From assembly GCA_965222025.1 (NCBI GenBank), contig CBDCTI010000007.1:555339-619338 (forward strand): DNA of 64,000 nucleotides, read 5' to 3'. The notes beneath the pieces are model-generated. The model did no database searches and had not been told where the DNA came from. It was given only the letters and a program-made list of their open reading frames with translations. The position numbers and the translations under genes were made by a program. Positions 1-8,948 of the stretch are shown piece after piece (the first letter of the stretch is position 1; each line of letters starts with the position of its first letter). Source of the stretch: Dehalococcoidia bacterium. GTDB lineage: Bacteria > Chloroflexota > Dehalococcoidia > Lucifugimonadales > UBA3495.

Positions 1-53
1 GGGTCCAATCGCGGACCTGAAGACGAACAGCCTATTCGCTTTCTACTTGGTCG

Positions 54-323
54 ATGCGGCTGTCCAACCGAACGATCTCCGCCTGGGTTCAGAGGAACGA
101 AGGCCTGAAGCGCCTGAAGCACTTCTTCCCGTCGAGCTATAGATTCCGCAACTTCTTGTCCCGATTCTCGGACACGCTCAATGGCCTCTCCCATCTGGAG
201 AATCGTCTCTCCCATCTGGAGAATCGTCTCTCCCATCTGCACGACTGCCTCGTCACGTCTGGCGGCTGCCGCCTCATAGCGACGCATCGAATCATTGAAG
301 GAACGAAGCGCAGAGATCAATAG
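54..323 (+). CDS. hypothetical small protein with LSHLENR heptad repeats (strand uncertain)
   Basis: Complete 89-aa ORF. Third codon positions are strongly G/C-biased, like neighbouring genes. It contains 2.5 copies of a 21-nt repeat. No family recognised. The opposite strand is also open from 366 to the window edge. Confidence 0.3.
   Translation: MRLSNRTISAWVQRNEGLKRLKHFFPSSYRFRNFLSRFSDTLNGLSHLENRLSHLENRLSHLHDCLVTSGGCRLIATHRIIEGTKRRDQ
186..239. repeat. 21-bp tandem repeat, ~2.5 copies (ctctcccatctggagaatcgt)
   Basis: Direct reading: units at 186-206 and 207-227, and a partial unit at 228-239. Confidence 0.9.
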
Positions 324-419
324 CTGGGAGACTTCTTCAAGAGTGGTTATCCGGTTTTCCATGGCCATGGAGATCAGTCAACTCTTCGGGGCTACAGCCA
401 GCAGTTGAGTACGAGGGGG

Positions 420-1181
420 TCAGCTAGCCTGATAGCGTTCCAGCACCTCGGGCGGGAAGTCGGCGTTGGTGAAGGCCTTCTGGATGTCGTCCAGTTCCTC
501 CAAGGCATCGAGCAGCCTGAGGGTCTGCTCCGCCTCCTTATCTCCCAGAGCGATGGTCGTCTTGGGCACCATCGAGAGCTCAGCCGAGCGAACCGGTGCG
601 CCCTCCGCCTCGATAGATTTCTGAACGTCCTGCAGGTTCTCTATGGGGGAGTAGACTTCCAGCACACCCTCGTCAATCTGAATGTCCTCCGCCCCTGCGT
701 CGATCGAAAGGAGACCCAGCTCCTCGGCCCGTTCTTCATCGTCGATATCAACAGTAACAACGCCACGAAGCTCGAAATTCCAGGCAACACAGCCGCTCTC
801 GCCGAGGTTGCCGCCACCTCGATTGAAGGTTGATCGCACATCGGCGGCCGTTCGGTTTCGATTGGTGGTCACGGCCTGCAGCAGGATCGCTCCTCCACCG
901 GGGCCGTAGCCTTCGTAGGTGATCTGCTCCAGCGACTCGCCGTCGCCGCCTTCACCGCTGCCGCGCTTGACTGCTCGGCTGATGCTGTCCTGGGGCATGT
1001 TGTTGCCTCTGGCACGATCCAAGGCCAGCCGGAGCTTGAAGTTCATGTCGGGATCTGCACCACCCCCTTCGCGTACGGCAAGGGAGATCTCGCGGCTGAG
1101 TTTGGTGAACAAAACGCCACGCTTGGCGTCGGCCGCGCCCTTTTGATGCTTGATGGTTGACCATTTGGAATGACCGGACAT
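420..1181 (-). CDS. yebC: YebC/PmpR family DNA-binding transcriptional regulator
   Basis: 253 aa. The N-terminus MSGHSKWSTIKHQKGAADAKRG and the length are typical of the YebC family. Confidence 0.9.
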   Translation of the reverse strand: MSGHSKWSTIKHQKGAADAKRGVLFTKLSREISLAVREGGGADPDMNFKLRLALDRARGNNMPQDSISRAVKRGSGEGGDGESLEQITYEGYGPGGGAILLQAVTTNRNRTAADVRSTFNRGGGNLGESGCVAWNFELRGVVTVDIDDEERAEELGLLSIDAGAEDIQIDEGVLEVYSPIENLQDVQKSIEAEGAPVRSAELSMVPKTTIALGDKEAEQTLRLLDALEELDDIQKAFTNADFPPEVLERYQAS

Positions 1182-1254
1182 AGCACCACCTCCCGGCCTT
1201 GGGATAGTAGGCTCGATTTTAGCATCGGCCTAAAAAGGGGTCTAAAGGAAAGTG

Positions 1255-1770
1255 TCAGCGCAACCCGTCGGGAAGACGAACCAGCATGGCGCGAGACGCC
1301 ACGTCCACGTCCAGCACCACTTGCGCCATCGCCGGTATCAACAACTCCCCGCCGCTTCCGCGAACGATGTATACGTCGTTGCTGCCGGTCTCGAGGATCT
1401 CCTGCAACTCGCCCAGGTGCTCGCCTTCCTCTGTGCGGACTTCCATGCCGATGAGTTGGTAATGAAAGTACTCCCCTTCCTCGAGCGTGATCTCGTCATC
1501 AGGGAGCGCGGCGAGGTACTTTCCGGTGAACAGAGAGGCATCACGACGAAGGGCTACGCCCTCCAGCCAAATGAGAGCGGTGTCGGGGCCCGTCTGACGC
1601 GACTCGGATATGGAATAGGTCTGGAGGTCGATTAGCAGTTCTCGCCCCACGTCGAACCTTCCGGGGAGATCGCTGAGCAATTGGATGTTGAGGCCACCGT
1701 CGCGTCCGTGGGGGCCGATAACCCGCGCCACGATAACGGGATCATCGGTATTCGAAAGAGGACTGCCCAA
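1255..1770 (-). CDS. rimM: 16S rRNA processing protein RimM
   Basis: 171 aa. Has the VARVIGPHGRDGGLNIQ N-terminal barrel motif and a PRC-like C-terminus. Sits in the conserved rpsP-KH-rimM order. Confidence 0.85.
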   Translation of the reverse strand: MGSPLSNTDDPVIVARVIGPHGRDGGLNIQLLSDLPGRFDVGRELLIDLQTYSISESRQTGPDTALIWLEGVALRRDASLFTGKYLAALPDDEITLEEGEYFHYQLIGMEVRTEEGEHLGELQEILETGSNDVYIVRGSGGELLIPAMAQVVLDVDVASRAMLVRLPDGLR

Positions 1771-1795
1771 TGCTGTTTCGCGGGCAGTGAAGAGG

Positions 1796-2023
1796 TTACT
1801 CGATTTCCAGGACAGCCTGCGAGCCGTCCTTTACAGCAGCGACGCGCAGAAGTACGCGCATCGCCTGGGCCACCCGGCCTCCGCGGCCTATGACCTTCCC
1901 CTTGTCCTCGGGAGCCACCTGGAGGCGAAACACCGTTCGGCCTCCCTCGGCCGACTCGATAACCTGGACAGCCTCTGGATTGCTTACCAAGGACCCAGCG
2001 ATGTACTCAATTAGTTCCTTCAT
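1796..2023 (-). CDS. KH-domain RNA-binding protein (YlqC/UPF0109-like)
   Basis: 75 aa with the KH signature KGKVIGRGGRVAQAMR. Lies between rpsP and rimM, as in many bacteria. Confidence 0.85.
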   Translation of the reverse strand: MKELIEYIAGSLVSNPEAVQVIESAEGGRTVFRLQVAPEDKGKVIGRGGRVAQAMRVLLRVAAVKDGSQAVLEIE

Positions 2024-2334
2024 TCCTCGGATTCCTCAACCAGTTCTGCGGAGGAATCGGATTCCCCGGCGGGCACATCGGGGCTGCCAACCATGGCCAG
2101 AATACCGTTCTTGTCGAGGATGCGCTGCACCGGATCGGAGGCTTGCGCGCCTTGCCGCAACCAGTGCAGGGCACGGTCCTGCTTGAGCGTTATGGCCGGC
2201 GGGTCCTGCATGGGATCGTAGGTGCCGATCCATTCCAGGTATGAGCCATCGCGGGGAGACCTGGCCTCCGCAACTACTATCCTGTACGAAGGTCTGCCCT
2301 TCTTGCCAACCCTGCTGAGCCGAATCCTTAGCAT
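2020..2334 (-). CDS. rpsP: 30S ribosomal protein S16
   Basis: N-terminus MLRIRLSRVGKKGRPSYRIVVAEARSPRDG is canonical S16. There is a 4-nt overlap with the downstream KH gene. Confidence 0.95.
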   Translation of the reverse strand: MLRIRLSRVGKKGRPSYRIVVAEARSPRDGSYLEWIGTYDPMQDPPAITLKQDRALHWLRQGAQASDPVQRILDKNGILAMVGSPDVPAGESDSSAELVEESEE

Positions 2335-2524
2335 TCATTCTCCGGGGCGCCTTGAGAAAGCGCGGCTTTTAACCATTGTCTGAACGACGAGATTGTACGA
2401 ATTACGTCGTCTGGTGTCAATTGAAAGAGTCTACCGTTGGGCCCGATCATGATTCTGCGGGACAAAGAAATCGGGCCCGGCCAACTCTGGCTTTTGTTCG
2501 CCCGATAATCCATCCCGGGTGCAA

Positions 2525-2636
2525 GGGGCGATGGTAGACATTGGCCTGGGCCCGACGTTCGGGTTCTCTTAATTTCGCGGCGTTAGCTACGAAACGATCA
2601 CCTCGTCGCGTCCAGACTGATGTCTACCATCGCCCC
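2525..2636. repeat. 112-bp palindromic element (17-bp perfect terminal inverted repeat); MITE-like or structured RNA
   Basis: ggggcgatggtagacat at 2525-2541 is the exact reverse complement of 2620-2636. The pairing extends with one bulge to gcaagggg/cccctgc. It lies in a 420-bp non-coding gap. Confidence 0.6.
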
Positions 2637-2787
2637 TGCGTGTTAAACTAACTTCCATCTATATCACCTCCTTCATAAAATTCCGCCAAGCGGTTAAAGC
2701 ATTCTACCCCGCCGTTTTCTGCGATGTCAACCGCTTTCTCCGCTCTTTCCGAACTTCTTGAAGCGCTGCCAAAACCGACGGGTTGAT

Positions 2788-3735
2788 TTGACTAGAATCA
2801 TCTTCATGGGCACCCCCTCTTGCGTCGTTCCAGTGCTTCGAAACTTGCATGCGCTGCCGGGCGTAGAGGTGGCTGCGGTGGTTACACCGCCCGACCGCCC
2901 ACGGCGAAGAGGACGTCAACCTGAGTCCCCACCGGTTAAAGAAGCCGCAATTCAGTTGGCCATACCTGTGCTCCAGCCACGCAACCTCCGCGGGGACGAG
3001 ACGCAGGCAGCGCTCGCCTCTCTGCGTCCCGACGTGATTGTGGTCGCCGCATACGGCAGGCTCCTGCCTTCGCCAGTCCTCGCGCTCCCCCCCCATGGCT
3101 GCCTCAATCTACACCCCTCACTGCTGCCCCGACACCGAGGCCCATCTCCGGTCGCCACCGCGATTCTGGAAGGCGACGACATCACTGGCATCTCCTTGAT
3201 GCTCCTGGACGAGGGGATGGACACCGGTCCTGTGCTCGCCCGCCTGGAGTATCCGCTCACTGGAGAAGAAACGGCGGGCGATCTGACCGATACCCTTTTC
3301 GAAATGGGCTCGGACCTCCTCTCCGAAAGCCTTGACCCCTGGGTCAGCGGAGAATTGCAGGCAAAACCACAGGAAGAAGCCAACGCCACCGTCTCACGCA
3401 AGCTGGACCGCTCCGATGGTGACGTCGACTGGACCGCTACAGCCGAAGCCTTGGCCAGGCAGTGCAGGGCGTTCGCTCCCTGGCCAGGGCTGTTTACCGA
3501 TTGGCAGGGGAGGACGCTGAAGCTCTTGAATGTCTCCGTCCTGCCCGGCTCAAACACTGAGAACCTCCTGCCGGGCAGGGTCCTGGACGAGGTTTCCGCA
3601 AGGGGCTTGATCGTGGCCACTGGCGAAGGCATATTGGCCCTGAACCGTGTACAGCTGGAAGGAAGACGGGCCGTCACTGGCGAAGAGTTTCTGCGGGGCC
3701 ACCCGGAAATTCTTGGTGCATCGCTGGGCAGTTAA
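2788..3735 (+). CDS. fmt: methionyl-tRNA formyltransferase
   Basis: The RIIFMGTP N-terminus, HPSLLPRHRGPSP motif and C-terminal barrel are typical Fmt. The TTG at 2788 gives the usual MTRIIFMGTP start. The ORF is open from 2758. Confidence 0.9.
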   Translation: MTRIIFMGTPSCVVPVLRNLHALPGVEVAAVVTPPDRPRRRGRQPESPPVKEAAIQLAIPVLQPRNLRGDETQAALASLRPDVIVVAAYGRLLPSPVLALPPHGCLNLHPSLLPRHRGPSPVATAILEGDDITGISLMLLDEGMDTGPVLARLEYPLTGEETAGDLTDTLFEMGSDLLSESLDPWVSGELQAKPQEEANATVSRKLDRSDGDVDWTATAEALARQCRAFAPWPGLFTDWQGRTLKLLNVSVLPGSNTENLLPGRVLDEVSARGLIVATGEGILALNRVQLEGRRAVTGEEFLRGHPEILGASLGS

Positions 3736-3765
3736 GACGAGAAACAGGCGCAGGAGACAAGTGAA

Positions 3766-4713
3766 ATGGCGAGAACAATGCCAGAGGAATCACAAGTTCT
3801 GGAATGGCTGGAATCGTTGAAGAACTGGGGCCGTTGGGGCCCCAATGACCAGCTCGCCTGCCTCAACTTCATTGGACCTGAGCAGCGCAAACATGCAGTC
3901 AGCCTGGTAACCGAGGGCGTATCCGTAAGCTGCGCCCGCCCCATAACCACAGAGATGGCGGCCGACGTTACCTACCAGGTCCAGCGATTCATGGTAGACA
4001 GCGGAGAGGGACGAGACACCGACCCGCCGGAACGCCGTTACACCCGTCGTGGTGCGGGCGAGTTCATCGGCATGGTCTTTCACGGCCAGACCATCACTCA
4101 CATCGACGCAATGTCTCATTACTCGTGGAACGGGCTGATGTACAACGGAACGCCGTCCAGCGTGATTACGTCCCGCGAGGGCGCTCAGTCTCACAGCATC
4201 GAGTCGGCCTACAAGGGCATTATCACGCGAGGGGTGCTGCTCGACCTTCCCCGGCTGCGAGGAGTCGACTGGCTGGACCCCACCGAGCCGGTGATGCCGG
4301 AAGACCTGGAAGCCGCGGAGCAGGCCCAGGGCGTACGGGTCAGTGAAGGCGACATCCTTCTGACAAGGACGGGAAACTACCGGATGCGTCTTGAAACGGG
4401 TGCTTCTGGCCCCACTGATCCGATGACCGCCCATCAAGCGGCATGCGCCCCTTGGTTCAAGGAACGCGGCATCGCCATGATGGGGACCGACACATCCAAC
4501 GACGTCCGTCCAAACCCCTACAAGACCATCGGCAATCCGTTGCACACAATCTGCTTGGTCAGCCTGGGCCTCTGGTTCATCGACAACGCCAACCTGGAGG
4601 AGTTGGCGGCCGCCTGTGCCGAGCGGGGACGCTACGAGTTCATGTTGACCCTAGCCCCCCTGCGCCTTCGCAATGTCACAGGTTCGCCGGTCAACCCCAT
4701 CGCCCTGTTCTAG
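3766..4713 (+). CDS. cyclase family protein (kynurenine formamidase-like fold)
   Basis: 315 aa. The GQTITHIDAMSHY motif resembles the HxGTHxDxPxH cyclase signature. Family-level call only. Confidence 0.6.
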   Translation: MARTMPEESQVLEWLESLKNWGRWGPNDQLACLNFIGPEQRKHAVSLVTEGVSVSCARPITTEMAADVTYQVQRFMVDSGEGRDTDPPERRYTRRGAGEFIGMVFHGQTITHIDAMSHYSWNGLMYNGTPSSVITSREGAQSHSIESAYKGIITRGVLLDLPRLRGVDWLDPTEPVMPEDLEAAEQAQGVRVSEGDILLTRTGNYRMRLETGASGPTDPMTAHQAACAPWFKERGIAMMGTDTSNDVRPNPYKTIGNPLHTICLVSLGLWFIDNANLEELAAACAERGRYEFMLTLAPLRLRNVTGSPVNPIALF

Positions 4714-4766
4714 CCTGCGCCCTGTTCTAGCCTGCGCCCTGTTCTAGCCTGCGCCCTGTTCTAGCC
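4703..4766. repeat. 17-bp tandem repeat x ~3.8 (ccctgttctagcctgcg) starting inside the last codons of the cyclase gene
   Basis: Units start at 4703, 4720, 4737 and 4754. Each contains TAG, and the first provides the gene stop. Confidence 0.9.
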
Positions 4767-4777
4767 AGTTGACAATA

Positions 4778-4819
4778 AGTGAAAGGGTTCTCTTTGGTCA
4801 TTAAGAGAACCCTTTCACT
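4778..4819. terminator. perfect 16-bp stem hairpin between convergent genes
   Basis: agtgaaagggttctct (4778-4793) pairs with agagaaccctttcact (4804-4819) across a 10-nt loop. The flanking T-runs are weak. Confidence 0.5.
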
Positions 4820-4852
4820 TTGCCAATTGCCGGACTCCTCTAGCGACTCCGA

Positions 4853-6160
4853 CTATCGCTCCCCTGAACCAGGCAAGACCCTCTTGACCATGGCGGTTAG
4901 CCCCCCCGAAAACAGGGAGGCCACGATGAGCACGCCACCCAGCACCACCACCGTCACCGCGGCAGGTATGAACCCCGCGGTCGCCTGCCTCCCAAATGAC
5001 TCCAGCAGATCGCCTGCCAGGTGGATCGCCGCGGCCGGCACGTCGGCCGAGTAAGATGCAGAGCGGGTGACCGCTTCGTTTATCTGTCCTGGTATGGCGG
5101 AATTGAGCACAAGGCCAACGATGAGACACACGCCTCCGCCCATTACCAGTGTGATTCCCGGCCAGCGAAGCACTTCCGATGGCTTGGGGAAGTGGACCGC
5201 GGCCAAAAGCAGGATGCCTATGACCACCATCGTAAGGGCAATGACCTTTCCCGTGCCGTTGGCGGTGCTCACCACATCCCGCAGCGATTCGGCCTGCTCT
5301 TGGATGTCTTCCCGGGACAGGTCTTCCGAGTCTTCGGCCAGCCAATCCAGCACATCAAAGCGGTCGCCGCGCTGCAGCTCTCTGCGAATATCGGACACCG
5401 CGTTCTCCACGAGAGGCTCTACGAGGGCGTCGGCGACCGCCTTGAGAAATTCCCGTGTGTCTCCATCTACGAAGAGCCTTCTCAATTCCTCTTTTTTGCT
5501 TTCAAGGATGAGCGCCGCCTGGGCATTCATGGCGGAATCGTTCAGAACAAGGTCAAACCATCGGTCATACTCACTTACTCTGCACTCCCTGCTCAATATG
5601 CTTAGCGAAGGAGCAGAGTCCGGTAGCTCGCCATCAGCCAATTGGGAGTAGGGTTCGGCGGAAGCGCCAGCCAGCCTTTGCAGCGCGGCTATCGAACAAC
5701 CGGAGGAATCTGGCTCTTCGATAGTCAAATCGTCCACTATCTGATGGACCTTGCGCTGGACCGCCGGCTCAATCCGCTCCAGTGGTTCCTTTAGTTCGAC
5801 GTATATCTCAAGGTCCTCGTGTTCGTGGCGTAGAAAGCCAGTAAAGCGGTCGACATTTTCTTCAGTTTGTTCCTGAAGATAGGCAGGCGGCATCACGTCT
5901 CTGAGAAGGTCGACAGCTTCGTCGTCGATCGAAACCTCCAGCCCACCCAGGAGGTCTTTCGTGTGGTTCTCCAGGGCCTCGTCAACCAGCACCTCGTCGT
6001 AGATGCGGCTGTAGGCGTTGGTGTCGCTGATGGCGACGTTGTAGACCTCGGGGTCCTCCAGTCGTTGGGAGAAGTTGACCACTAACAGGTAATAAAGGAG
6101 GCCGGCAAACACCACCATTCCCAGGACCAGCCCCGCCAGAGCCCGCACAACTGTCATCAT
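4853..6160 (-). CDS. hypothetical membrane protein
   Basis: 435 aa. One N-terminal and about four C-terminal hydrophobic segments flank a large acidic soluble region. No family recognised. Confidence 0.6.
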   Translation of the reverse strand: MMTVVRALAGLVLGMVVFAGLLYYLLVVNFSQRLEDPEVYNVAISDTNAYSRIYDEVLVDEALENHTKDLLGGLEVSIDDEAVDLLRDVMPPAYLQEQTEENVDRFTGFLRHEHEDLEIYVELKEPLERIEPAVQRKVHQIVDDLTIEEPDSSGCSIAALQRLAGASAEPYSQLADGELPDSAPSLSILSRECRVSEYDRWFDLVLNDSAMNAQAALILESKKEELRRLFVDGDTREFLKAVADALVEPLVENAVSDIRRELQRGDRFDVLDWLAEDSEDLSREDIQEQAESLRDVVSTANGTGKVIALTMVVIGILLLAAVHFPKPSEVLRWPGITLVMGGGVCLIVGLVLNSAIPGQINEAVTRSASYSADVPAAAIHLAGDLLESFGRQATAGFIPAAVTVVVLGGVLIVASLFSGGLTAMVKRVLPGSGER

Positions 6161-6262
6161 GTTGCCTGCCCTCCCTACCGCCCTGCCGTCGCGTGGAAAA
6201 GGATGATTGCCCTAGCCGGCGCTCAATGCGCCCTATGTTTCCGTCCTGACCTAGAGCTGAGC

Positions 6263-7832
6263 CTAGCAGCCCGTCTGAGGATTGACCGACTGGCGGTGTC
6301 GGTCAGCCGGGACTACCCTGCGACAACGGTTCTGGCGGGGTGCGGGTAGGCACCTGCGGATTGTCGCTTGAAAATCCCACTGCCCATGGACCGGCGCGTC
6401 TCCCTGTCGTTCCCAGTGGCGCCTTTTCCCCTCGCCTTGACGAACATCCCGGCCCCATACCGGAACAGCTTCAGCAGGTTGTGGCCGGCGCAGATGATCA
6501 GCCACTCCCGGTTCACCTTAGCCAGACCCCGCAGCAGGAACTGCCGGAAGCCCCGGCCCTGCTTGATCTGCCCGAATACCGGTTCCACCGTCTCCATCCG
6601 AAGCGCGTAGCGTTCCCTGCCCCGTTTCGTCCGCAGCTTGCGCCGCATCCGGTCCTTGGCTGACAGCCCCTTCGGTATGCGGCCACGGGGCGCCGGTGGC
6701 GGCACCCAGCCGTGGCGGGTCCTCTCCGGCGCGACGAACGGGTCCACTCCCAGGGCGTAGAGTTCCTCCACCGCCTTGGCCGAGTAGTATCCGGCGTCGG
6801 CGGAGACTTCCTTTGGGACTGTGCCCACGTTCAGGATGGCCTCCTCAATCATGCTCACGGCCTGATCCTTGTCCGAGGGCTGATCGGTGGCACAGGCCGC
6901 CACGATCACCTGATGCTCGCTGTCCACCACCGCCTGGCAGTTGTAGGACTGCTGGAAGTCCCTCCCTCCCGGGCCGGGCATGATCCGGGAGTCCGGGTCG
7001 GTGAAGTTCCGCTGCGCCTTGTCATCAGGCACCCCGAGATGATTGCGTCCCTCGGACTCAGCCTGCTCCGCATCCGCCAGGGCCTCGGCCTCCAGCGCCG
7101 CCTTGGCCTCCCTTATCTTCCGCAACCGTCCCTCCCGGAAGGCCAGTTCCTCCGGCAACTCATCCCCACGCCTGTCCTTCCCGTACCGGCGGTCCTCCTC
7201 CTCGTCCACCTCCTGCGCCTTGCGGAGCAACTCGTCCACCTCGGCCTGCAACCGCGCTTCCTTCTCCTTCATCCGCCCGTAGCTCATCGCCTTGTGCTTT
7301 GAGGCATTGGCCCTCACCTTGGTCCCGTCCAGCGCCACGTGCCCCAGCTTTACCAGTCCTGCCTGCTGGCACAACTCCAGCACCTGCAGGAACAATTCCC
7401 CCAACGCCTCCAGATGGTCCTTTCGGAAGTCGGAGACGGTGCGGAAGTCCGGCGTGTTGTTCGCCGCCAGCACCCGGTAGGCGATGTCCTCGTGCAGCCT
7501 CTGGGCGATGCGCCTCGAGGAGGCCACGCCGGTGCAGTAGCCGTAGAGCAGCACCTTCACCATCATCCTGGGATGGTAGGGCGGGCCGCCCCGCCTCTCC
7601 TGCTCGTAGCGGGCGGTGATGTCCGAGAGGTCCAACTGGTCCGCAACGTCGGAGATGAAGTAGGCCAAGTGCTCCGGCGGCAGCCATTCCTGGAGGGCCG
7701 CCGGCAGCAGCAACTGCTGGTCCGGGTCGTAGGGAAGGTAGGTCTTGCTCATTGACCGCTCCGATCGTCTGATGCTCCGTACCATCATACCCCCAACGGC
7801 TCACCAACCCCGTTTCTCGGACGGGCTGCTAG
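6263..7832 (-). mobile_element. IS1182-like (IS5-superfamily) insertion sequence, ~1.57 kb
   Basis: Terminal inverted repeats ctagcagcccgtctgagg (6263-6280) and the reverse complement of 7815-7832 (ctagcagcccgtccgaga) match at 16/18 positions. CTAG is present at both ends. There is a single transposase ORF inside. Confidence 0.85.
6313..7752 (-). CDS. IS1182-family DDE transposase
   Basis: N-terminus MSKTYLPYDPDQQLLLP...PPYHPRMMVKVLLYGY, a central coiled-coil insert and a C-terminal DDE region are typical of IS1182/IS5-like transposases. The start is taken at the internal ATG (7752). Confidence 0.85.
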   Translation of the reverse strand: MSKTYLPYDPDQQLLLPAALQEWLPPEHLAYFISDVADQLDLSDITARYEQERRGGPPYHPRMMVKVLLYGYCTGVASSRRIAQRLHEDIAYRVLAANNTPDFRTVSDFRKDHLEALGELFLQVLELCQQAGLVKLGHVALDGTKVRANASKHKAMSYGRMKEKEARLQAEVDELLRKAQEVDEEEDRRYGKDRRGDELPEELAFREGRLRKIREAKAALEAEALADAEQAESEGRNHLGVPDDKAQRNFTDPDSRIMPGPGGRDFQQSYNCQAVVDSEHQVIVAACATDQPSDKDQAVSMIEEAILNVGTVPKEVSADAGYYSAKAVEELYALGVDPFVAPERTRHGWVPPPAPRGRIPKGLSAKDRMRRKLRTKRGRERYALRMETVEPVFGQIKQGRGFRQFLLRGLAKVNREWLIICAGHNLLKLFRYGAGMFVKARGKGATGNDRETRRSMGSGIFKRQSAGAYPHPARTVVAG

Positions 7833-8674
7833 AACCGGGGCGTGATGCTCATCGACGTCAGCCGGCGGACGCGCTCCTCGGTGGGAGGATGCGTGGAGAA
7901 TAGACCGCTCAGCCCGCCGCCAAAGAGCGGATTAACTATGAACAGGTGCGAAGCCCCTTCGGCGACCTTCATGGGCCGTGCCTGCGACCCGCGTTCCAGC
8001 TTCTGAAGCGCACTGGCCAAGGCTATGGGATTGCCGCAGTTGTGGGCGCCGGTCGTGTCGGCCTGGAATTCCCGGGTACGCGAGACCGCGGCCCGGACCA
8101 GGCCCGCGGCTATGGGCATGACGATAGCAACGACAAGGAGTCCGATGATGTTGTCGCGGCCTCCCCGCCCGCCGAACATTCCGCCGAATATCGCCGAAAA
8201 CTGCGCCAGCATGGCCAGCATGGATATGGCACCGGCGATGGTTGCAACAACCGCCATTATCAGCGTGTCGCGATTCCCGACATGGGCCATTTCGTGGGCC
8301 AGTACCGCAGAGAGCTCCTCACGGTTCAGAATGCGCCTTATTCCGGTAGTTACGGCCACCGCCGCTTTGCGTGGGCTGCGTCCCGTGGCGAAGGCATTGG
8401 GGGATTCGGTGAAGATCTCGTAGACCTTGGGCATTGGAAGGCCGGCCAGTCGAGCCTGCTCGCGGACAATGCCATACAGTTCAGGATCGTCGTGCTCGGT
8501 GACTGGATGGGACTTTGTCATCCCAAGGGCTATCTTGTCGCTGAACCAGTAGGCGCCTATGTTCATAACGAGGGCAAATGCGAGCGCAACGACGATGCCG
8601 GCCTCTCCTCCAATTATGCCGCCGATTAGGAGCAGCATCATCGAAAGAACTATCATCAGGGCGAACGTCTTCAT
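7829..8674 (-). CDS. htpX: zinc metalloprotease HtpX (M48)
   Basis: Has the HEMAHV zinc motif, four TM segments and a THPPTEERVRRL C-terminus. The start is taken at MKTFALMIV (8674). The ORF is open to 8806. Confidence 0.9.
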   Translation of the reverse strand: MKTFALMIVLSMMLLLIGGIIGGEAGIVVALAFALVMNIGAYWFSDKIALGMTKSHPVTEHDDPELYGIVREQARLAGLPMPKVYEIFTESPNAFATGRSPRKAAVAVTTGIRRILNREELSAVLAHEMAHVGNRDTLIMAVVATIAGAISMLAMLAQFSAIFGGMFGGRGGRDNIIGLLVVAIVMPIAAGLVRAAVSRTREFQADTTGAHNCGNPIALASALQKLERGSQARPMKVAEGASHLFIVNPLFGGGLSGLFSTHPPTEERVRRLTSMSITPRF

Positions 8675-8948
8675 CGTGTTCAAAGCACAGCCTCCGGCCG
8701 CCGCCTTTATGCAGGATATCAGTGGCCCATTGGAGACCTGTCTGATCCCGCTCCAATCAATGTTATCAGGTTCAGTCCTCATATGGATATCTGCCAAAAC
8801 GGCCATTGGCGGACTATGCTTTGCGCGGGACCACGCACTTCCGTAGCCGGTGGCTCAAATGGGAATTCACCGGAATTTCTTGCTTGACGGCCTAGGCCTG
8901 GAAGTGTAAAATTCGCCGAGTAGATACAGTGTCTCAATTGGACTGCAG

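Noticed and set aside
1-20. ggtccaatcgcggacc hairpin at the window edge, as a possible tRNA T-arm
   Set aside because: The loop is 6 nt and lacks the TTCGAAT-like T-loop. No acceptor or anticodon arms are nearby.
2328-2513. 61-aa ORF upstream of rpsP
   Set aside because: It has no ribosome-binding site and atypical composition. It overlaps the rpsP start and the structured non-coding region.
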